Below, in pieces: positions 55,101 through 64,000 of a stretch of 64,000 nt of DNA (the stretch's first letter is position 1; each line of letters starts with the position of its first letter). The stretch is from Macrostomum hystrix (taxonomy: Eukaryota; Animalia; Platyhelminthes): NCBI GenBank assembly GCA_950097015.1, contig CATNEN010000003.1, positions 12,400,001 through 12,464,000 of the forward strand, read 5' to 3'. The notes under the pieces were generated by a model, which searched no databases, was not told where the DNA came from, and saw only the letters and a program-made list of their open reading frames with translations. The translations under genes and the position numbers were made by a program.

Positions 55101-55456
55101 CTCAAACCCTGTCTTTAACGCAGGTGTTTGATCAGCAGCCCTACATACCGGTGGAATATTTCTGCCTAGAAAATATCGACTCCTACGATGCCCAACGCTT
55201 GGGCGGACTGCAAGCCTACCTGGCCAAGACCTACAAGGACGAGGTGACGGCTGTTTCGCGTTCGGCAACCGTTTCAGCTGAGCAGCATCGTCAGCGAGGC
55301 GGCAGTTTCTCACCTACCCCGGATCATGTCAGCGGCAGCAGTAGCAGGAGAAGAATTGTTGACAGTCTAGGAGCACTGCTCACTTTTACTAGTCGAAGCG
55401 GCTCTGCTGGCAATAAGGAGGCACATTCACCTACAACTGAGCAATTGCAGCAGCAG
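49200..55456 (+). CDS. RNF123: E3 ubiquitin ligase RNF123/KPC1 (SPRY domain), 5' part; gene presumably continues past the window
   Basis: Exons 49200-49282, 49375-49457, 49727-49974 ([37 protein letters not shown]), 50068-50154 ([20 protein letters not shown]), 51300-51493 (YFPALSL..NFG), 52717-53059 ([14 protein letters not shown]), 53390-53518, 53600-53845, 54374-54724, 55124-55456 (QRLGGL). Phases are consistent. No stop or RING domain lies in the window. Confidence 0.9.
50198..50621. mobile_element. Non-autonomous MITE, EnSpm/CMC-like (CCC...GGG ends)
   Basis: Imperfect TIR CCCGCTAAAAAATAGGGATGTTTCTT vs revcomp CCCTGTAAAAAATTCGGCTGCTTCTT; 2-bp AT flanks on both sides; internal copy of the subterminal motif at ~50506. 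Confidence 0.6.
51604..52562. repeat. Minisatellite, 36-bp unit CAGCAGGTCATCAATTATCCCCTTCCCTGAATCCAT
   Basis: ~27 near-perfect copies in an RNF123 intron. Confidence 0.97.
53908..54340. repeat. Minisatellite, 20-bp unit CCGTTTCTGTTAGACAGGAC
   Basis: Ends ~35 bp before the acceptor at 54373. Confidence 0.96.
54865..55110. repeat. Degenerate ~19-20-bp repeat AAATCCCTATTCACTTCTC
   Basis: Ends just before the acceptor at 55123. Confidence 0.85.
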
Positions 55457-55944
55457 GTGAGTTAATTGTGCTAATTTCAGATATGTTCAGGTAATAAAAT
55501 TTCGCCAGTGACTAAGTTTCTCAGGTCCTGAAGCTTACTCGGATCTTCAAGCTTACCCACGTCTAGAAGTTTTCTCTAATTATCTAAGCTATTACTGTAA
55601 TCCTAAAGCCTATCGTGAGGTCCCGAGAAAAAAAAACATTTTAAACTTTTAAAGTGACTTTTAAAGTGACAGCGATTGCGTATGACAAGTACTTTGTCTG
55701 TAACTTTTAAAGCTCTCAAAGTTCTGACAACAACTTTGATGTACTTTGAAAGTTTTCATCACATAAATTGCATATACTTTAAAAGTTTTTAAAGTTTTGG
55801 TAAGTTACGTAACTCGTAACTTTAACGTACTTTGAAAGTTTGTATCACATAAATGCACATGCTTTGAAAGTTTTTAGTGTTTTGGCAACTACTTTGGCAT
55901 ACTTTGAAAGTTTGCATCACATTGCAATTGTACATACTTTGAGG

Positions 55945-56222
55945 TTTGCTTTGCTATGCTCAGCTGTCTACTTTGAGAACTTACAAAGTTTGCTATGCTC
56001 AGCTGTCTACTTTGATGTACTTTCAAAGTTTGCTATGCTCAGCTGTCTACTTTGATGTACTTTCAAAGTTTGCTATGCTCAGCTGTCTACTTTGATGTAC
56101 TTTCAAAGTTTGCTATGCTCAGCTGTCTACTTTGATGTACTTTCAAAGTTTGCTATGCTCAGCTGTCTACTTTGATGTACTTTCAAAGTTTGCTATGCTC
56201 ATCTGTCGACTTTGATGTACTT
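55945..56222. repeat. 40-bp tandem repeat (probable TE subterminal region)
   Basis: AAAGTTTGCTATGCTCAGCTGTCTACTTTGATGTACTTTC ~7 copies, preceded by degenerate TACTTTGAAAGTTT motifs from 55640. Confidence 0.9.
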
Positions 56223-56396
56223 AATGGTTTTTGCTGAGAAAACAAATAATTATATGAAAGCACAATTCAACCTTTAATCTACCTCGTAACATAAAAAGAA
56301 TGTCAATGCAGAAAGCAGTGCACATGACACAATCAATTTACAGAAGGGCTAAATTCTAGCAGCAGAAGTAATTGCACACAAAATTGCAGACTACCT

Positions 56397-56895
56397 GCTT
56401 TGAGAGCAGGTAGCTTCTGCAAGAGTAGTGAGTAGAATATGACACGCTTTGAGAGCAGGTAGCTTCTGCAAGAGTAGTGAGTAGAATATGGCACGCTTTG
56501 AGAGCAGGTAGCTTCTGCAAGAATAGTGAGTGGAATATGGCACGCTTTGAGAGCAGGTAGCTTCTGCAAGAATAGTGAGTGGAATATGGCACGCTTTGAG
56601 AGCAGGTAGCTTCTGCAAGAATAGTGAGTGGAATATAGCACGCTTTGAGAGCAGGTAGCTTCTGCAAGAATAGTGAGTGGAATATGGCACGCTTTGAGAG
56701 CAGGTAGCTTCTGCAAGAATAGTGAGTGGAATATGGCACGCTTTGAGAGCAGGTAGCTTCTGCAAGAATAGTGAGTGGAATATAGCACGCTTTGAGAGCA
56801 GATTAGGGTAGCTTCTGCAAGAATAGTGAGTGGAATATGGCACGCTTTGAGAGCAGATTAGGGTAGCTTCTGCAAGAATAGTGAGTGGAATATGG
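56397..56895. repeat. 49-bp tandem repeat (probable TE subterminal region)
   Basis: GCTTTGAGAGCAGGTAGCTTCTGCAAGAATAGTGAGTGGAATATGGCAC ~10 copies. Confidence 0.95.
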
Positions 56896-58008
56896 CCCTT
56901 GGCCATATTGGCCCTTGTGGCAAAAGGGCCAGAATTCACAATATCTCTCACAAAATTTACCATTACTGAGTCTATCCATTTAAATTCATTGAACAAGCAG
57001 ACAATTGTTTAAAAAATAAAAACAGTACAACAACAAAAGTTTGAGATTCACAAAATTATGTGACTGTTACCATGATCATGAACCAGCTCTAGTGGGTACT
57101 TAGAAAAAGTGGTTAAAGTTGCTTAAGCAACAATCATATATGTCAACAGAAAAACCATTACCAACAGTCAAACATATGATACGTGAATAGAGCTTTAGCA
57201 GAGCAGACATGACTAAAATGAGTTCACCTTATGTGGCAGATATTTAAAGGGTTAGTCATGTTCAAAGTCATTCAAAATTGGCACTGCAAATATTGCATTC
57301 CCGTTTTTAAAAAAAATGGCTTGCTTTAAATGGTTGCAGTTGATAATCTTGTTTATTCCTGCTGAAAGAGTCACAACTGGGCATCTAGATCTTAGCTCTA
57401 CTAAGACAGCATTATTAATAGATGCATTGTTTGGAAAGCCAGCTTGCTCACAAAAGTCATATTGCTTATTGAAAATATGACAATACATAGTGCCCTCAGT
57501 GGGGGCCACTGAAAGGATCTCGAGAAACTCTTCTTCTCCATCAATGATAGCTACTGCATGACTTGAGTCTGCCATGGAAGTTGTGCTCATTGCTGAAAAC
57601 CGCTTGTCATTTACATGGATACTTTTGGATGACACAGCCAAATTATCTTTAATATTATCATTAACATTGTTGGCCAATTGAAATCTCAAGAAGTTTCCAA
57701 TCATCTGCTTCACCTCATCACGTGTACCATGGACCCTTGCAATAAGACTAAGGTAGAAACTCTCAAATGTTGAAGCTGACATAGTCCACAATGGGCCATA
57801 TAGCTTAACCTGGACTGCCAAATGTGCTAGTGCATGTACACTAATGGTGCTTGATTCAGAGCCAAACCATTTGCATAGATACTTTCGAAATTCACAAATT
57901 AGTACTTCAGCAGATTTAATTTCATCTTCAGTTACACAGTCACTTGACAATATAGATGAATTATAGTAGAAAGAGTAGTAAAGAGAAATGTAACCTCCTG
58001 TGCTGCAC

Positions 58009-61000
58009 TAGGGTTTGCAATTACCGGTCCTTATCTCATTACCGGTAATTCGATAATATCTTTTTTATTTACCGGTAATTACCGGTAATTACCGGTAAAC
58101 ATGCAGTATTGCTATACTTTAATTCACTAAAAACGTCTTTGTTGCTCCCTTCTTAGAAAACATTAAAAAATTATGGTTGGGATGATAAGTGAGAATCGTA
58201 GGCATGTATATTTGCACTATTCATTGCTCGAATTTCAATTTTTGTAGCCTTATAAAAAGTGTACCATATTTTCTTTAGACCGTATTCCTATCGCTGTAAA
58301 TTGTAATATTTCACGTAAAGATCATTGCCATTAAAACTAACTCGGAGTCGAACCCATTCATTGATCCGCGACCGCCACTGTACTATATATAATTGAGATT
58401 TGAGCCTTTGAGACAGATACTTGTACAATTTTATTATAGTGGACAATGTGGTAGACTGGGAGTGGATTAAAATTGCGCAATAGTTTTGAACTGAATTCGC
58501 AAATTACTTTGAAATGTTCATGTTACAGCGCAGAAAGTTAAGGCAGTCAAGAGTGCTGTCCGAAAGTCGTGAACGCAGCCTTGTGCACAGATTGCCGGCA
58601 GTAGAAAATGCACGCTCCGACTCCACAGATGTAGGTGGTATGGTCAATAGCAGTTGGTAAACCTTGCTCATGTAGAAGCCTCGCTTGCCACTGTGTTCGG
58701 CCGCAGAGAGTTCGTTGAGGAGCACAGACGACAGGTCCTTCTGATGCATACTTTGAATTTCAGATTCAGGCAGCTTCATTGAGTCTTTGACTGCCTTCTG
58801 AAGTCTAAGTAGCACATCTGTGTCACTGACACTGTCAATGTCAACAGCACCATTTGGCGATGCCGATGGGACATCAGACCGCAGTTCAGTCGTCGCTGCA
58901 GCTAGCGCTTCATGGTCTATTTCATTTTCAACGACCAGGTTTAGTCTTGTAAGCAGAGAGCAGCAGTAGGTCTTGATTGATTGCTTTTTTGCCAGCCGTC
59001 TCTGTGGACTGTGCAAGTACTGAAGTACCACAGAATCGTTAGTATAGCGTTCTTGTACAATTCGCTGCTCGATTGCCAGTTTCAGATGTTTGCTTAGTTC
59101 AGACTTGTGCTTGTTGCTATCCATCTCTAGCTCGGTTATTAAAAATTTCACGACTGCTTCGGCCTCGATCAGATTTGAGTCCCTCCGAGACAGGGAAAGT
59201 ACGGCAGCTTTCACAGGTTTTAGTGCGCGTACAACAGAAGCTACCACTTGGAAGTCGCTCTCACTTAGCCTGTCGCATGACCTAATGTTGACGTCAATCT
59301 GCGCTTTCTCAACACTCGCGCTAACTAGAAGGATGCGATCCAGCATGTCCACCAAGCTGTTCCATCTGGTCTTGCAATCCAAAATGAGTCGCCTGCAGGA
59401 CACTTGGGGGATCTGTTGTGCAATGTGGTTTTCCAGTATCTCTGAGCTCTTAGGAGACTTCCGAAAAACCCGAATCACGGATCTGACTTTTCTTATTGTT
59501 TCAGCAATTGAGCTCAGCGGTGTCACAGTCAAACAAGCAGCTGTAGACAGCATCGACTCCACGACGTCCGTTTCTTGTCCGTCATGATGATCAATTACAA
59601 GACCTTCGTTGAGATCACTGTCAGAATCTTCGTCGGAATCGTCCTCAACATTCACAATTGGATGGTGGTCCTCGCCGTCGGATCCTGAACTCGGTCCAAT
59701 AGCGGCTCTCTGCACTGGAGTTACTTTCTCGTACAAAACGTCCAGTACAGCCAGTTGCAGTCCATGGCTGTAGCACAGCTGCTGTGAGATTGGAAGAATG
59801 AGCTGTCCAACCTTCCGCATCATAGCGGCACCGTCTGTCGTGATGCAGACTATGTCTTGGGTCAAATTGAGTTCAAACTCAGTCAGCTTAGTGGACACCG
59901 CTTTTACACAATTTTCTGCATTAAAGGTGCCGCTTACCCTTGACAGTCCTAGATTCCACAGCTTTTCACCGTCACGGATGTCGATATTCAAATACCGCAC
60001 ATTTCGGACCGACGTCCATTCATCAAATGTGAGGCTAAAGCGAGACCCGTTTTGCTTTCGCTGTAGTAGCTCTTTAGCTACATCGTTCTTCTTCTCACGG
60101 CCGTATTTCAATACAAGTGACTTAATAGCGTTGGGTGACTTTGGCAGATCATGGCCGAGTGCAGCAAATGCTCGGCGCAAATCTTGCGAGGCTGCGAATG
60201 CCAGAAACGGCAATCCATGTCCTGCAGTCATGCGGGCCAACATCGCAGACATGGAAGTGTCGTTCTTGTTAGCAAAATAGCCAGTAATCGTATCTGCCAA
60301 TAATAAGATTTAAAATATCACAGTGAGTAGTGGTACTAGTGGTGGGTAGTAGAGGTACATACTGATATACTGATACTGATGCTGATGCTGATGCTAATTT
60401 AACATGTATGATGTAACTATTTATCAATTATTTTCCTCCCTAAATTTAGTTCATTAATCGCCCAGTATTGATTATAGAATGTAAAAAAGAGAAGTACTTA
60501 CTTTTTGATGCCGATGGTGAAGCATAAGAAGACCCAACCACGTCAATGACAGTCTGGAGTCTAGCCATTTTTGTAGGGGGCTCGTTAACTTCCGCGATTG
60601 ATTTCGGAACCGTGGAAGTGGAATTGGCTTCTTTCTTGTGAATTTGCTTAAGGTGGCTCCGCAATCCACTGGTAGATCCACCTTCGCACTTTATGACTGC
60701 CTTACAGGCCGTACACTGTGCTGAAAGACCGTAGCGTTCGTTTTCCCATTCTCGCAAAAAATAGCTCCATATTTCGTTGTCGCTTCGAAACGGCTTGTAC
60801 GTTTTCATTGAATGCGTGTTCTGTACTGTTAAAAATTATAATTGAAGTTATCTAGGCAGAGGCAGAGCCAAGCCAACTGAACAGAGTCACACTGACACTG
60901 AGCCAGAGCCAGACAAGAGGAGTGAACTGACTGCATGCATGTGCATGGCCACATATATTAGTAACAGAAGGGTAAGGCTTAAGGATTAAGGAATAAGGAT

Positions 61001-61397
61001 AGGGAGGGCGGGGCCTGGGCCAGGCCAGGAGTAGGCCACACAGGCATGGGAATGTACATACATATGTACATGTATTCAGTATATTGCTCATCCCTTGGTT
61101 CCTTCCTTGGCTAATATGGCTATACCAGGCAATTTGAGCCCTTGAATTTTATCACTTATTTCTCCGCTTCTGAAGTCTCTCGAGTCTCTACACCCTGCAG
61201 TGAAGCGAATGTGCATTAATTTCAATGACTGTCTGACCATTATTCATTTAATTTGTTTATGAATTAAGAGCTCAAATGTTTTTATTATGAAAACCGTTTA
61301 CCGGTAATACCGGTATATTTGCTTTAAAAAACCGGTATGAAAAAGCGGTCAATTACCGGTAAACCGGTAAACCGGTTTACCGGTAATGCAATCCCTA
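58009..61397 (-). mobile_element. Autonomous-looking hAT DNA transposon (3389 bp)
   Basis: Imperfect TIRs TAGGGTTTGCAATTACCGGT (58009) and revcomp TAGGGATTGCATTACCGGT (61397); perfect 8-bp TSD TGCTGCAC at 58001-58008 and 61398-61405; many subterminal ACCGGT repeats at both ends. Confidence 0.95.
58504..60808 (-). CDS. hAT transposase, two exons, ~698 aa, with BED zinc finger
   Basis: Exon 1 60808-60502 (IWSYF..CTAC..TSGLRSHLKQIH, BED finger); phase-1 GT-AG intron 60501-60294; exon 2 60293-58504 (TFDEW, TTDG, CYSH, TRWNS, SVESERAFS dimerisation domain). No internal stop. Confidence 0.92.
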
Positions 61398-61715
61398 TGC
61401 TGCACTAATGGAGAATAAAATTGGCACAAAGTAGTACAATAAACCCTGCTTGAACTCAGTAGCTTTCCAATGAACAATATCTTTCAATGATCTTGGTTTT
61501 CGTCGAAAAGAATGTGGAACTTTGATGGTAAGCAGCAATTGAGACATCTTGTCTTCATCAATAAACTTGTGGCGGATAGAATATATCAGTAGACGTCTAG
61601 TCACATTCAGATAATATTATATACATCATAGAAATGACTTCACAAATATATTTTCATTTCAGTAAGCTGCTCCAAATCCTAATATTGCTAGCTAAAAGAA
61701 TAGATGTAAGACTCA

Positions 61716-63015
61716 ATGGAAAGCCGGCAGCTGCAGGCTTTTAGAAGTCTGGGATTATATATTCTCAACAACGGAAGCAAAAAAGGAAATTTAAGGAGGT
61801 TTCTGTTTCTGATAGTAGCTCATATGGCATTGTATCAGAAGTTATTGATTCTAATGTAGAAAGCCAAGACTTTGAAGCTAGACTTGATGACAATGTATTT
61901 CCACACAATTCTAAGGACTTTGATATCCAACTTCAAGCAACTGGAAATATTCAGCGAGCATCTACTCCTATATCATTTAAAGATTCTGATTCTAATGACA
62001 TTGAATAAGCTTTACCAATGACAGGGACATCTTCTAGTTCATCAAGTGACTTGAATATATCTTCCTCAAGTGATTATATCTATCATGTAAGTAATTGCAC
62101 AATTGAACAATTCAAGAAAGAGTTTAGTGCACTTACAATACAACTAAAGCTAACTGATGTGGCTGCAGCAACTATGCTCGATTTTATTACCTCAAAGTTT
62201 CCTATGCCAAACAAGTGTCCAAATATTTATGATATCAACAAAGATAGTGAAATTGCTGTTTCTGGAGTTAAAGAATTTCCTACAACAAATGGTATATTCT
62301 ATGTGCTTGATCTCGAGTTGCGAGTTTAAAAGATCATGAAGAACAATCCTGATCTACTTGATCTCCAGACTAAAGATGATAGTGTTTGAATTTTGTAGAC
62401 ATTTGTAGTGGCTCAGTGTTTAAAGAAATGTTCATGAAATCTAGCCAAAGTGCTAATGCAATCAGACCTATTTTTGCCATCCTGAGTGCTGATGGAGTTG
62501 CTTCAAGATTTAAGTCCAAGGCTTTTCAAATCTGGCCTATCACAGCTTCTATTGTCAACTTACATCCTTCAAAGCGAATGAGAAGTGACAACATACTTCT
62601 GCTAGCCATATATCATGGTAGACAGAAACCTGATCCTCAGCATTTGGTTGAATTGATTATTCAAGAATTAAAGGCAGGGCAGATGGAGATTAATGGAATC
62701 CCATTCACAATTGAGTTTGTTGCTTTTGTGGCAGATTTCCCTGCTAAGGCTGCCTTTCTTAACATGAGCAATTTCAATTCTAAACATGGCTGTACATTGT
62801 GTCTTACTGAGGGAATTTACTCCAAAGATCATCATAAGATGACATTTCCTTTTGAGAAAATCCCAAGCATGTTGCATTCTTCAGCAACACATGGCACTAA
62901 TGCCACTTTGAACAAGCCTAAGCATCCTATTCAGGGAGTGAAAGGACCAAGTTGTATTGCTGAATTAATTGCTGTTCCAGAAGGTGCGCCACTTGATATT
63001 ATGCACTTGGTATAT
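61716..63015 (+). pseudogene. N-terminal half of the same CMC-like transposase, inverted
   Basis: Fragments with stops (~62006, 62327) and frameshifts. Motifs ILSADG, IWPI, FVADFPAKA, NSKHGCTLC, GVKGPS, PLDIMHLVY end at 63015. Confidence 0.8.
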
Positions 63016-63269
63016 TGCCAATGGTAATAAGAGTTTAGAATATGTAAATTTGCATCAATGCTATGTCCATTGAATGACTTTAAAAAATTCACAAAATGAA
63101 AGAATGCCACTTTAGACAACAAAAATTGACAAAATTGTTAGAAAAAGCATCAACCTTAATATAAAAATGACACATTGCAAATGAAAATATGGGGAAATTA
63201 AGAAGATTCACATTTGTCCCTATAGGCAAAGTTACTTAAAATTGAAAAAGCATTGAAACCTTATAAATA

Positions 63270-63812
63270 TCACTTGTTTTGACCAATAAGTGGACGACGA
63301 TGCCGCATTCCACGTCGAATGTCATTGCCTAGCTGATTGAGAGCATCTCGTGCAGCAGTGACTGCAACTTCATCATTGAAACGACAGTTGACAGCCTCAA
63401 AGAATACTTTGGCTCGATTAGAATCCAATGCTGGGCGGGTCAACTTTCCTCGCTTCCTGGGACATAGAATACCATCCCTCAGCTCTTCATCAGTCCAAAG
63501 ATAGCGTCCAAGGAAAATGCCATACTCAGTTGGAGCAAGATGATTGTCTCCAAGTTCGACAACATTTACACCATTCCATAGAACTGGGTCCTTGCTGCTA
63601 AGCACTGCACTAGTATCTATCTGGCCAAGGTGCTTGCTTCGTTTATTGCTGCTTTCAATAGACTTCCTTAGCTTTCGAAGCTCACTTACAATCCGATCTT
63701 GCTTATTGGCATTACCAGCCAATAAAGGTACAACCCTCTGAAGGTTCTTTGCAAGAATCTTCACTTCAGCAATAAGTGACTCAGGATTGTAAGTTGCCTT
63801 TCTCTTTCTTGG
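63270..63812 (-). pseudogene. BEN-domain-like accessory ORF of the CMC-like element (frameshifted upstream)
   Basis: Coiled-coil followed by LGRYLWTDEELRDG..RPALDSNRAKVFFEAV..AARDALNQ, a BEN-like pattern. Stop at 63815 in this frame; the coding-like frame shifts near 63805. Confidence 0.55.
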
Positions 63813-64000
63813 CTACTGGCTTCTGGTCATACTCTTCTGCTCTTTGCTACTATCTTGCTTATCATCCTCATTTTCGTTATCCTGTAAACTTGTAAGTACT
63901 TGGAAGTAGTCAGTCATGGCCAACATTGAATACTTGTCAAGTCATGCAAAGTAGACATTTACTGTGAATACTTGCTAAGTACCTGGATCGTCACCATTTG

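Larger units (their letters stand above)
57252..61610 (-). pseudogene. C-terminal half of CMC-like transposase, interrupted by the hAT
   Basis: 61610-61398 (LNVTRRLL..KPRSLKDIVHWKATEFKQGLLYY) resumes across the TSD at 58000, with a 1-nt frameshift into ORF 57950-57252 (HALAHLAVQVKLYGPLWTMSASTFES). Confidence 0.8.
55622..64000 (-). mobile_element. Degenerate CACTA/EnSpm/Mirage (CMC)-like DNA transposon hosting the hAT; other end outside the window
   Basis: Transposase fragments (KPRSL..HWKATE, HALAHL..YGPLW..S..FE, DFPAKA..N..GC..C, PLDIMH), a BEN-like ORF and subterminal tandem repeats at 55640-56895. The left terminus is tentatively CCCGAGAAAAAA at 55622. Confidence 0.65.

Noticed and set aside
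59073-60280. Plus-strand ORFs inside the hAT
   Set aside because: Antisense shadows of the transposase frame.

Overview
Eukaryotic (invertebrate metazoan) genomic DNA with GT-AG introns. There is no bacterial operon or CRISPR structure, and most ORF-track entries are translations of minisatellites. Manual splice reconstruction gives four host genes. (1) A cation-selective nicotinic acetylcholine receptor alpha subunit (+, 8 exons, ~3814-22007; signal-peptide exon not found). (2) PGAP1 GPI inositol-deacylase (-, 11-12 exons, 46913-25642). (3) A complete Dmrt2/Dmrt11E-class DM-domain gene (+, 4 exons, 37759-44558), missed by the ORF track. It fills one PGAP1 intron almost edge to edge, and that intron splits the catalytic GHSM|G motif. 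(4) The 5' part of RNF123/KPC1 (+, 10 exons, 49200-55456), divergent from PGAP1. The last ~8 kb is a nested transposon stack in an RNF123 intron: a dead CACTA/EnSpm/Mirage-like element with a BEN-domain ORF and a 1.4-kb internal inversion, interrupted by an intact hAT element (TIRs, 8-bp TSD, spliced ~698-aa transposase). About 30 minisatellite arrays occur, mostly unrelated, typically one or more private units per large intron and often abutting splice sites. Two tRNA-derived SINE families and two MITE-like elements are also present. Protein identities rest on motifs recognised from memory, not on database searches.
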